A stretch of 47,611 nucleotides of DNA, taken from contig CAVSLF010000003.1 of NCBI GenBank assembly GCA_963728595.1, positions 1-47,611 on the forward strand. Reading direction: 5' to 3'. How positions within the stretch are numbered: the first letter of the stretch is position 1; each line of letters starts with the position of its first letter. The position numbers and the translations under genes were made by a program. The DNA comes from an uncultured Nitrososphaeraceae archaeon. Lineage in GTDB: Archaea > Thermoproteota > Nitrososphaeria > Nitrososphaerales > Nitrososphaeraceae. Under the pieces are notes generated by a model, which was given only the letters and a program-made list of their open reading frames with translations, was not told the origin of the DNA and did not search any database. Positions 9,945-18,950 of this stretch are shown in pieces.

Positions 9945-10514
9945 TCACTTTATTGTCGTTGTCGTTGTTGTATTTGTAGTCGTTGTTGTATTCGTTGAAG
10001 TAGTGCCCGAAATCTGTCCTCTTATTTCCCCATCTGGGAATGCCACGGTGTGAACATTCGTGTATGTTTCTCCATTCTGCATTGCTCTCACTAAATCAGA
10101 TATACCCTTACCTTGCATTGGACCCTGTAGGTCTGCCGCAGTGAAGTTTTCTTGCGCAAATGTTCCTTCAATAGGTCCTGTCGCGTTATCTAACTGGTCG
10201 AACAAAACTACAACCACACTTCCATTCTCTCCTACTTTTCCAAGATGTATGTGAGCCGCGGTTACCTTGTCCAATCCAGTTGCGTTAACTTGGTAAGCTA
10301 CTGAATCATTTGTTGGCTTGAACCAAGCCGAGCCTTTCGCAGTAGAATTATTTGGTGGGACTTCGTTCTCCCCACCGAGACTGGCATTATAAGCCTGTTC
10401 CTGTGCATAAGTTGAACTAAGTAGAGTAGTCATTATTCCGATTGAAGTGACTGCCCCCATCAACAAAGTCATTGATAGAATACGCTGTTTAGACATCATT
10501 GAGTGTGTATCCAC
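9945..10514 (-). CDS. Secreted CHRD-domain protein with Thr-rich tail
   Basis: Signal peptide; LGGENEVPP, TAAHIH, YTNVHTVAFPDGEIRGQI (CHRD signature); tail TTSTNTTTTTNTTTTTT. Confidence 0.9.
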   Translation of the reverse strand: MDTHSMMSKQRILSMTLLMGAVTSIGIMTTLLSSTYAQEQAYNASLGGENEVPPNNSTAKGSAWFKPTNDSVAYQVNATGLDKVTAAHIHLGKVGENGSVVVVLFDQLDNATGPIEGTFAQENFTAADLQGPMQGKGISDLVRAMQNGETYTNVHTVAFPDGEIRGQISGTTSTNTTTTTNTTTTTTIK

Positions 10515-10560
10515 TCAATGTTATATAAGACTTTACTATAATAATGGATATTAGTGCACA

Positions 10561-10746
10561 CTAAACTGTCGGTTCCGTCGGATCATTAGACGAATAGGCT
10601 AGCAGTACCGCACCAGACTTTAACACATTCACTAATTCCTCATCCTTTATCTCCCAATTGATCTTTCCTTTTGGACCCGTTGATGGTTCTTTGATTGGAC
10701 TTAGTTCAGGCTCTACCTTTGTTTCATGCTTTTGTTTTTCTTCCAT
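10561..10746 (-). CDS. Small hypothetical protein
   Basis: 61-aa ATG ORF with plausible composition, co-oriented with the CHRD gene. Confidence 0.5.
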   Translation of the reverse strand: MEEKQKHETKVEPELSPIKEPSTGPKGKINWEIKDEELVNVLKSGAVLLAYSSNDPTEPTV

Positions 10747-10830
10747 TAACTAAGCCATGCTTTCGGATCTTATAGCATTCAGATCGTGTTAGCGTGAGGG
10801 AGGGAGAATAAGAAAAAGAATAAGATTAAG

Positions 10831-11097
10831 TTGATAGTAAATGCGATTGATGGAACGTTGAGCGACGTAGGAAAAATAGCAACTTGTAATCGATGCTTTA
10901 AACAAAAGGAGATAGAAATGCAGAGTACGACTGTACATGGAAAGAATAATTTTGAATGGACTGAACGGTTGTGTGGAGAATGCTCTGACAAGCAATATAG
11001 ACGCTCATGTGAATTATGTGGCCAAATACTTGCCACCTGGGACTATAGGAAGCATCTAATGGACAATCATTCAAAAGAAGATACAGCGAAACTTTAG
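10831..11097 (+). CDS. Small putative zinc-binding protein
   Basis: CNRC, CGEC, CELC and a terminal HLMDNH (C2H2-like). Start probably downstream of the track start. Confidence 0.6.
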   Translation: MIVNAIDGTLSDVGKIATCNRCFKQKEIEMQSTTVHGKNNFEWTERLCGECSDKQYRRSCELCGQILATWDYRKHLMDNHSKEDTAKL

Positions 11098-11218
11098 AAA
11101 AAAATATGGTTTAGGTTTCATTCTCTCGCCTCATTAATCTATCGCACAAGGTCATCTGTTATTTCACCCTGGTTTGTGCAAAATTTAATTTTAATAACAA
11201 CCCATCATAATAACGACA

Positions 11219-11428
11219 ATGTCAGTCCAAACGTTTTCTTGTTCCAATTGTAACGAGCCATTCAGCGTACACCTTCCAGAAGATGTGACAAGAGCAGACT
11301 CTAATAAATGTCAAGACATAGACACAACTGATCACAATTTAGAGCGCACAACACAATGTCAGAATTGTGAGCACAGCAACACAATTTACTATTGTACGGT
11401 AACTCATGCTATATTGGCTGACGATTAG
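11219..11428 (+). CDS. Small Zn-ribbon protein
   Basis: CSNC ... CQNCEH..IYYC pattern. Confidence 0.65.
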   Translation: MSVQTFSCSNCNEPFSVHLPEDVTRADSNKCQDIDTTDHNLERTTQCQNCEHSNTIYYCTVTHAILADD

Positions 11429-11496
11429 GTATTAGTGCTCTTTGATCTACCTATTGGCCAGAAAATCTAATAATCATCTGTACAACCAATGATTTG

Positions 11497-11700
11497 TCAG
11501 TCCGTGAAGACACCTCTGGATTTATAGTCCTGGTAGAACATCTGCTTAAGATTTACCACTAGATTTTCGACTTCGTAAGAATCATTTAATCCGTTTAATT
11601 TCGGGGTTTCTAGACCAAGGGACTCCAACTCTGACATTGAACTAGCCAAATCCCATTCCCCGTTCGTTATATCAGACATGTTATACATACTGGACATCAA
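11497..11700 (-). CDS. Small hypothetical protein
   Basis: 67-aa acidic ORF; no motif. Confidence 0.4.
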   Translation of the reverse strand: MMSSMYNMSDITNGEWDLASSMSELESLGLETPKLNGLNDSYEVENLVVNLKQMFYQDYKSRGVFTD

Positions 11701-11814
11701 AATATTAAAGACTTTTACTTTACTGTTGGGAGCTTAACGTGTGCGATCCTACCACCTGCTCTCGGTTAACTTTGTTAAGGAATTATTAATACTTCTTTTC
11801 CGGCTGTAGATAGT

Positions 11815-12102
11815 ATGGTAAGTGAATCTGGGATGACAAGAGAGAGAGGAAGATCGTCTTATTCAACTCATATGCATGGAGTTGCTTTGAGTCTTCTTGT
11901 TATGGGATTATCACTTGCAGCGATACTCATCGCCTACGAGTCTTTTGGCCACGTTGGTCCAAAATTTTCAGCAGATTTGCTCGTCAAGCAACAAGCAGCG
12001 CTAAGGAAGCAATATGGTTTACCTCCAACGCCTGTTATTACGAACGACTCCCTGTTACTTGTTCCTCCGTCGTTGAGGAATATTACCCAAAACAACAAGT
12101 GA
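11815..12102 (+). CDS. Single-TM protein of a conserved AOA type; candidate AmoY-like ammonia monooxygenase accessory subunit
   Basis: One TM helix (GVALSLLVMGLSLAAILIAY), then GHVGPKFS, QQAALRKQYGLPP, PPSLR. The CDS is solid; the AmoY assignment is from memory and unverified. Confidence 0.5.
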   Translation: MVSESGMTRERGRSSYSTHMHGVALSLLVMGLSLAAILIAYESFGHVGPKFSADLLVKQQAALRKQYGLPPTPVITNDSLLLVPPSLRNITQNNK

Positions 12103-12388
12103 CATTAGAGGCTCCTTTTTATTATCAAAGTACTCTTTTTATGCATTGTTGATTCTTTTAATAGAGGACAATGATGAAATTTCAGAAGCAATGGCATTCT
12201 ATTGTGGCGCTAAGAAAGATATAGACTGTAAAGTGACCAATAGTGGACACGAAGGATCCGCAAGGAGAAATTTGATCTTGTTTAATGGGACATGAAGTAA
12301 CAAAAAGTTAATGTCTCAATCAGGAAACTACTTGCACAAATATCCCTGTAGTCCTCTATCAAATTAGTTACTAACAACTAGCAATAGA

Positions 12389-12631
12389 ATGAAAGCACAG
12401 ATAACAGTTATAACCATCGCTATTTTGGCTACGATGTTGATAGCAACTCCGACAATATTTAGCAATTCGTCGGTTAATACCGCATTTGCGAAGACGACAC
12501 ATAATTATTGTTTTGTTGGTCGGACGGCATCAAACGATCTTGTAGATTGTTTTAACACCTTGACAGAATGCCAGAAAGGTCAAGCCGCTGCGGTTCAAAA
12601 AGGATTTGGAGTGCGGGACAACGGTCAATAA
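12389..12631 (+). CDS. Small secreted Cys-containing protein
   Basis: Signal peptide ending in TAFA; YCF...CFNTLTECQK motif. The C-terminus may continue in another frame after CAAAAAG. Confidence 0.65.
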   Translation: MKAQITVITIAILATMLIATPTIFSNSSVNTAFAKTTHNYCFVGRTASNDLVDCFNTLTECQKGQAAAVQKGFGVRDNGQ

Positions 12632-12937
12632 TCTGACTCAGATACATTGTTATTGTATAACCAATAGTGGCTTAAGTTAAGTAGTTTAAGAACTACTGAT
12701 AAATTAAATAATCTGCCAACAAAGTCAACCATATATCGTTGGTCTGGGTTCTGTGGGATGCAACTCACAAGTGTATGTAATCCATCATTCAAAATTGGTA
12801 TTCAGTTTACCCCACTAGCAACGATTCGCAGGTTTGTTATATCATGACCCAGTTGAACCTGGCGAGTATAAGTGTTCCCAGGGAGTGCGCCATTATGAAT
12901 ATATGGCCATCTAGGTTACAGATTCCGGCGAATACAC

Positions 12938-13990
12938 TTGAAAGCGGCTGTTTACAGAGAACACAGTAAAGATCCTAGACAAGTAGTTAAAATCGAGGAT
13001 ATTGATATCCCAAAGCCCAAATCCAATGGCGTTTTGATAAAAGTCGAAGCGGCTTCGTACAACTATAATGATCTTTGGGGTATCTGGGGTGAACCAATAA
13101 AGATTCCAATGCCTCACATATCGGGAAGCGACGCAGCAGGGAGAGTTGTCGAAGTCGGGGAAAATATCACGGCAAACATCAAGATTGGAGATAGGGTTGT
13201 TGTGTATCCAAACCTGACATGTAGAGTATGCCATCAATGCACATCTGGTAAGGAATATGATTGCAACAGCAGACAGGTGTGGGGTTTCCAGACAGGCCCG
13301 CTCTGGGGCGGCTTTGCGCAGTATACACATATGCCTGAAGTAAACGTAGTCAGGATTCCAGACAATGTGTCTTTCGACGACGCGACAGCAATTGCAATGG
13401 TAGGTTTGACTTCGTGGCATATGCTTGTTACCCGAGCCAATATACGGCCCGGTCAGACGGTTCTAATAATGGGCGGAGGAAGTGGTATGGGAATAGCCGG
13501 AATACAGATCGCCAAATTATTCAACTGCGATGTTATAGCCACTGCTGGAAATAAGGAGAAGATGGGAAAGTGCTTGCAGCTAGGCGCTGATTTTGTAGTC
13601 AACCACCGTGAATCTGACTGGCACAACAAGGTGCGTGAAATAACGAAAAAGCAAGGAGTAGATGTTGTTTATGAGCATATTGGCAAAACTGTTTTTCCAC
13701 AGGAACTGAGCCTATTGAAGATGGGCGGCACGCTTGTGTCTACAGGCGCTACTACCGGATACGATTCGACAATTGATCTAAGGTACTTGTTTTTCAAAGG
13801 AACAAATCTATTGGGTGCAACGCAGGGAACCAGAGCAGGATTAGAAGAAGTAATACGATGGGTAAGCAAGGGAAAGATAAAGCCGGTGATTGACACCATC
13901 TTACCGTTCAGCAACATGGTTGAAGGCCATGTCAAGATGGCAGACTCGCAGCTATTTGGAAAATTATTAACTACTCCGCAGAAACTCTAA
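12938..13990 (+). CDS. Zinc-binding medium-chain dehydrogenase/reductase (quinone/enoyl-CoA reductase type; acryloyl-CoA reductase candidate)
   Basis: TTG start; NYND in place of the catalytic-Zn Cys, GSDAAG in place of GHE, structural Zn CRVCHQC...C, GGGSGMG nucleotide-binding loop, FGKLL end. Confidence 0.9.
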   Translation: MKAAVYREHSKDPRQVVKIEDIDIPKPKSNGVLIKVEAASYNYNDLWGIWGEPIKIPMPHISGSDAAGRVVEVGENITANIKIGDRVVVYPNLTCRVCHQCTSGKEYDCNSRQVWGFQTGPLWGGFAQYTHMPEVNVVRIPDNVSFDDATAIAMVGLTSWHMLVTRANIRPGQTVLIMGGGSGMGIAGIQIAKLFNCDVIATAGNKEKMGKCLQLGADFVVNHRESDWHNKVREITKKQGVDVVYEHIGKTVFPQELSLLKMGGTLVSTGATTGYDSTIDLRYLFFKGTNLLGATQGTRAGLEEVIRWVSKGKIKPVIDTILPFSNMVEGHVKMADSQLFGKLLTTPQKL

Positions 13991-14004
13991 TAGGTGATTT
14001 AGAA

Positions 14005-14388
14005 ATGATGGATTTCAGATTTGGGACTGCAATAAATTGTATTGATGGAAGAACTCAGGAACCTGTAATAGACTTCATGAAGCAGAAGTATAACATCGAT
14101 GGAGTTGATATGGTGACATTTCCAGGGGTAGATGGGGTTATTTCCAATGGGGAAAATTCAGACGAGATCGCGTTTATACGTAACGCAGTCTCTATATCAA
14201 TCGAGAAACACCATTCGCGCACAATAGCAGTTGTAGGACATTTCGATTGCGCGGGTAATCCTGGAAACAGAGAACATCATTATGCAGATATACAAAGGGC
14301 AGTGCATGAAGTTTCCTCGTGGAGTTTCCGTGCACAAGTTGTTGGATTCTATGTCAATGAGAAAAAACAGATAGAGGAAGTAAAATAA
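14005..14388 (+). CDS. Small beta-type carbonic anhydrase-like protein
   Basis: CIDGR and GHFDCAG zinc-ligand motifs (CxDxR, HxxC); 14 bp downstream of the MDR gene. Confidence 0.8.
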   Translation: MMDFRFGTAINCIDGRTQEPVIDFMKQKYNIDGVDMVTFPGVDGVISNGENSDEIAFIRNAVSISIEKHHSRTIAVVGHFDCAGNPGNREHHYADIQRAVHEVSSWSFRAQVVGFYVNEKKQIEEVK

Positions 14389-14454
14389 TTACTTATGATT
14401 AATCAGAACCGCTGCTGACGCTCTGTTATAATCTAGAGCCACCAATATCTCACT

Positions 14455-14604
14455 ATGGAATTAATCGAAATGATTGGATGGATTGTATTGGGCTTTGTCC
14501 CCATGTTGGGAGGACTAAATCTTGCCAGCAGGAAACTTACACGTAGTGGGAAAATAGTCCTAAGAACCGAAATGAAAGGAGGAGAATATCTAATTGGCGT
14601 ATGA
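14455..14604 (+). CDS. Small membrane protein (not in ORF track), 49 aa
   Basis: MELIEMIGWIVLGFVPMLGGLNLASRKLTRSGKIVLRTEMKGGEYLIGV*. It overlaps the TTG start of the next gene, with GGAGG upstream of that start. Confidence 0.65.
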   Translation: MELIEMIGWIVLGFVPMLGGLNLASRKLTRSGKIVLRTEMKGGEYLIGV

Positions 14605-14836
14605 AAGCGAAACAGACGCATTTAGGCAATTGCTCATTCTGGGAAGCTACGGAGCAAAAATAACCAGGTCTCCAGAAAAAATAATTGCTCTACCGGGTGA
14701 ATTATATTATTATGTGGAAGTCACTTCAAAAGAAGGGACCAGATTTGTCATCGAAGCATACGGGGAGGAAGCAAGAGAACTTGAACATGAGGTTTCCACA
14801 AGAAAAGGAAAGCAGGAATCGCTAATAACAACTTAA
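14594..14836 (+). CDS. Thaumarchaeal-type hypothetical protein
   Basis: ESETDAFRQL...PGELYYYVEVT...IEAYGEEAREL; overlaps the preceding small ORF. Confidence 0.65.
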   Translation: MAYESETDAFRQLLILGSYGAKITRSPEKIIALPGELYYYVEVTSKEGTRFVIEAYGEEARELEHEVSTRKGKQESLITT

Positions 14837-15180
14837 TACATTTGGACATAGCAACAGAGATGCTCCTAATCGAAGATTATGATAATTCATAATTGATTTG
14901 TATTAATCATCTGTTCTTCTTACAATAACTTATTTTTGTGGGAATACAAATCGATGGCCATACTCCATAATATAGATACTAGGGACGAACCAGCTAATCA
15001 ATTATATCCTAGGGGGTACTATTCTTAGGAACACGATACAGGTATGGTCAATTACATCTTTAAATAACTTTACCAATGTATATCATCATGTATGATAATT
15101 ACAGATTTATTATCTATAAAGTCATGCTGTAATTCTGTAGGATAAGAGAAAGTTTTAAATATAATATTTTCTATAAATTT

Positions 15181-15564
15181 ATTGACTGTGGTGGATACAG
15201 AGAGTCTTCTCGGGAAATTTTTGATTCTATAGCGAATAACCCAAACGTACGAAGTCGGACTTTGCGAGGGAAGTACGGATTTACCATGAAACAATATTAT
15301 TCAAGAATCCAAAAACTATTAGCATATGGACTAGTAAAAAGAAAACTGGGGGTGTACACATTAAGTACATTTGGTACTGTGGTTTATCAAAACACACTAA
15401 GGATGGATGCTGCCATAAAGGAATACGACAACTTGAAAGCGATAGACACTATTAAAGCATCAAACGAGTTGTCTGAGAATATCAGGCAAAAAATAATAAG
15501 CGATATTGTTACCGACAATGATATCAAGTTGACTTTACTAACGTTTCCGGAATCAAACGGTTAG
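15181..15564 (+). CDS. Nitrososphaera-type winged-helix protein (5' end uncertain or degraded)
   Basis: FTMKQYYSRIQKLLAYGLVKRKLGVYTLSTFG. The frame stays open upstream of 15262 through SREIFDSIA but lacks a clear start. Paralog of 9329-9722. Confidence 0.6.
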   Translation: MDCGGYRESSREIFDSIANNPNVRSRTLRGKYGFTMKQYYSRIQKLLAYGLVKRKLGVYTLSTFGTVVYQNTLRMDAAIKEYDNLKAIDTIKASNELSENIRQKIISDIVTDNDIKLTLLTFPESNG

Positions 15565-15822
15565 AATGGGCCGTCACTAAATATCACTTTGATCAACAAT
15601 TATTAAAAAAACCCTTAGGTATGGTATCTCCTCCGAGCAGCCGTTGCTATCATGACCGTGCAACGGATCTACATCCTTACTGAATTGGCCATAAAATTCA
15701 ATTCGGCTATAATAGTCAAACATACGACAGTCCAAGTTTAAAGATTTAGATAGGCTATGAATGTCGTTATTAGTTCTTGTTTGGTGTAATACATTTAATA
15801 TTTATAAGATCAAACAATAGTT

Positions 15823-16158
15823 ATGGAAAATCTTCAACCAAATCAATTTGGGGATCTATCTTCACAAGAAAAATCATTGGTGATGTTCTATGCCGATTGG
15901 TGTCCTTTTTGTCGTAAGTTTAAACCAATTTTTGAATCTTCCGCAAATTCTGCTACCAACAGTAAACTGAAATTCTACGAGTCAAGTATAGATGACGACG
16001 ACAACCCGCTATGGGAAAGATTCTCTATAGAGGCCGTTCCTACAATTATTGCATTCGAGAAAGGTAAGATTGTTTCAAGAAGAGACGCTAAAAAGGGCAT
16101 CGGCTTGATTAAGTCCGACCTAGATTCTATAATAAAAGAAACAGATTCAATTCCGTGA
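15823..16158 (+). CDS. Thioredoxin-family protein
   Basis: FYADWCPFC active site; cis-Pro in EAVPTII. Confidence 0.9.
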   Translation: MENLQPNQFGDLSSQEKSLVMFYADWCPFCRKFKPIFESSANSATNSKLKFYESSIDDDDNPLWERFSIEAVPTIIAFEKGKIVSRRDAKKGIGLIKSDLDSIIKETDSIP

Positions 16159-16624
16159 ATCCGGCTATTTCGAACCACCTATCTGAGAGTCGTATTCGTT
16201 TAACTACACGTTACTTGTTCTCAACATCGTGTAATTGTCGCTTATATAGGCGGTAAGTGCTATGCATATTTTAGTAGTTCAAAATTCATTAATACACCTA
16301 AACCAGATGCCTCATAAATTCAGGAATGCTGTATTAGGATAATTGTTTCCTGTAATACCAACAGAACAGAAATACGATTTAATAAATTGCAATGTAATAA
16401 TTTGTAAATATGTTCTGAATTTAATTGCAAAATGAATTGATTTATGGATGGAATGCAATGTATAACAATGATAGTTAGGTGCATCTCGTCAAATTATGTC
16501 CGTAGAGTTAGCGTTCCTAGAGAAGGGAGCGTATTTTAAAATTAATATTGTGTTAGTAATTAATAGCGCTATGGAAACCTTTTTTTATTAGCCGATCTGA
16601 TAGAGCACTGGATTCTATATTCTA

Positions 16625-17860
16625 ATGGCATTAACTATCGATACCGGTGATACAACATGGATGCTGATCGCAACGGGCCTGGTCATGATGATGACACCGG
16701 CACTAGGATTTTTTGAAGCTGGTCTAATTCGGAGTAAAAACTCTATCTCAGTCCTCATACAAACATTTTCCGGGCTAGCTATCTTGAGTATTCTTTGGAT
16801 TGTGATTGGCTTTACTCTTGCTTTCGGACCTTCATCAAATGGGATTATAGGAGGTACTCAATACGTGGCAATTGAAAATGTTCCAATCAATGAGCCATTT
16901 CAGAATTATGCTACGAGTATTCCCGGAATCGGTTTTGTGGCGTTTAATATGATGGTTGCAGTCATCACTCCTCTCCTTATCACAGGCGCATTTGCCGAAA
17001 AAATGAAATGGACATCTTTTTGCATTTTCATGATAGCATGGAGCGTTCTTATTTACTGTCCACTTGCTCATTGGGTTTGGGGAGGCGGTTGGCTGTCGCA
17101 GATTGGATTTTACGATTTTGGAGGGGGAATTGTTGTCCACGTCTCTGCCGGCATGGGATCCCTGGCAGCTGCCCTCATAATTGGACGACGCAAATATTTC
17201 GGACCCGATATTACGCTTCCGCATAATGTTCCTCTTGCCGTCATAGGAGCATCGTTTCTATGGTTAGGTTGGTATGGATTTAACGCCGGTGGGGCGTATG
17301 CGGCGGGCGGTTTGACCTTCAATACACTCCTTGTAACTCACATGGCATCTGCCACTTCTTCGATCACTTGGATTTTACTTTCTTGGAAGACTGGTGGTAG
17401 GCCTTCAATCATTGCTGGGATAAACGGTGCTATAGCCGGTTTAGCGGGAGTTACGGCAGCCTCAGGATTTATCACGATAAATAGCGCGATGGTCCTTGGT
17501 GTAGTAATAGGTGTTGCATCATTTCTTGCTATTAAGCTTATAAAGGAGAAATTAAAGATTGACGATGTGCTAGATGTAAGCTCCGTTCATGGGATATCTG
17601 GCATCGTAGGAACACTAGCAGTAGGAGTTTTAGCGCTGCAATCGATAAATCCAAACGGCCCTAACGGAATGCTGGCAGGCAATTTCAGTCAGATAGGTAT
17701 ACAAGCAGTGGGAATTGGAGCGGCTATTTTGCTTTCTTTTGGTGGAACTTTTATCATTTTGAAGATAATCGATAAAACTATTGGCTTACGAGTGAAAGAA
17801 ATAGAGGAGGATGTAGGATTAGACATTTCAGGACATGCAGAGAGGGCCTATACTAAATGA
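16625..17860 (+). CDS. amt: Ammonium transporter (Amt family), divergent substrate site
   Basis: IDTGDTTWML, HWVWGGG, DFGGGIVVH, PHN, GWYGFNAG, DDVLDVSSVHG; about 11 TM helices; twin His present. Confidence 0.96.
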   Translation: MALTIDTGDTTWMLIATGLVMMMTPALGFFEAGLIRSKNSISVLIQTFSGLAILSILWIVIGFTLAFGPSSNGIIGGTQYVAIENVPINEPFQNYATSIPGIGFVAFNMMVAVITPLLITGAFAEKMKWTSFCIFMIAWSVLIYCPLAHWVWGGGWLSQIGFYDFGGGIVVHVSAGMGSLAAALIIGRRKYFGPDITLPHNVPLAVIGASFLWLGWYGFNAGGAYAAGGLTFNTLLVTHMASATSSITWILLSWKTGGRPSIIAGINGAIAGLAGVTAASGFITINSAMVLGVVIGVASFLAIKLIKEKLKIDDVLDVSSVHGISGIVGTLAVGVLALQSINPNGPNGMLAGNFSQIGIQAVGIGAAILLSFGGTFIILKIIDKTIGLRVKEIEEDVGLDISGHAERAYTK

Positions 17861-17915
17861 ATAAGGAAGCGGTAAATATTCGATTTTATTTCATATCGAG
17901 AGTTATTGTGCACGA

Positions 17916-18282
17916 GTGATTCTTTTGAAGAAGATAGAAGCCATAGTGAGACCAGAAAAGATATCTCGCCTAAAAAGCGAGCTTTTAAAGTTAGGCATTG
18001 GTGGCATGACATTGACTGATGTATCAGGCTGGAGTAAGGGAAGAGAACTTCATTTGCAATGGAGAGGACAAAAAATTGCATACGATCTTGTCCCGAAAAT
18101 AAAGATCGAAGTGATAAGCTCAGATAGACTTTGCAGACAAGATAGTCGAATGTATTGTAAAAGAAGGTAAGACAGGTAACGGACAAGAAGGCGACGGGGT
18201 CATTTTCATAAGTAACATAGATGAAGCGGTAAATATTGCAACCTCCGCTAAAGGGGAACAAGCAATATTCCATTCAAGTTGA
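17916..18282 (+). pseudogene. glnK: P-II nitrogen regulatory protein with a +1 frameshift near 18126 (may be an intact gene with a sequencing error)
   Basis: KKIEAIVRPEK...GMTLTDVSG...WRG...PKIKIEV, then the +1 frame DFADKIVECIVKEGKTGNGQEGDGVIFISNIDEAVNIATSAKGEQAIFHSS* (stop 18280-18282); directly downstream of amt. Confidence 0.9.
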
Positions 18283-18758
18283 GGCTAGGAGGCATCAGTT
18301 GTAGCTGGCAGAAAATACATTAGTGCAACTGTCTTATAGCCAATCTGACAGCGGATCATCAATCCGAACATCATGTATTCCTCGCTTTTTCCCTGTGCAA
18401 AATTCGGACCCTCTCATTCCTTACTAACCGCAAGGTTAAGGGGAACTCGATTTTTTTTTGGGAAGAAGACTAAACTTGTCTGCGGAACATAGAGAAAGGG
18501 AAACTTCCCTACATTAACCGGCTTCCAGACTATTTGTGATTCACGTGAAAATGTATCTTAATTTCTATTTCAGTATCAAATTTGCTATGGCAATTGGGAC
18601 AAACCACATGTTCGCAATCTACTTCGTATGTCTGGTTCCACATACTACCCTATCAATGACATTTGTATTAAAGCTGCGTAAAGTCAGTTCGGGATACAGA
18701 CAGACTATATAACAAGTGTTTGTCAAGATTGATATTTTATGCGGTGTATTGATATTTA

Positions 18759-18950
18759 TTGCAAGGCCAAGAGACAATTGAAGCGAAGATAAGAGAATAT
18801 GAACACGTTCTAAATAATGCCGCGGGGCTTTACCTGGAAATACATCAATTAGTCGCAACCGAGAGTAACGATTACAACCTAGATGTGACGAAAAGACTTA
18901 CAACTGTTACTATTAATTTTAAAAATATGACAGAAAAAGCCGGTGAATAA
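18759..18950 (+). CDS. Possible small hypothetical protein
   Basis: 63-aa TTG ORF with helical charged composition; no motif. Confidence 0.3.
   Translation: MQGQETIEAKIREYEHVLNNAAGLYLEIHQLVATESNDYNLDVTKRLTTVTINFKNMTEKAGE

Noticed and set aside
12361..12375. TAGTTACTA palindrome (also near 3850, variant near 23721) as a shared regulator site
   Set aside because: Short and AT-rich with inconsistent spacing to starts; cannot be distinguished from chance by eye.
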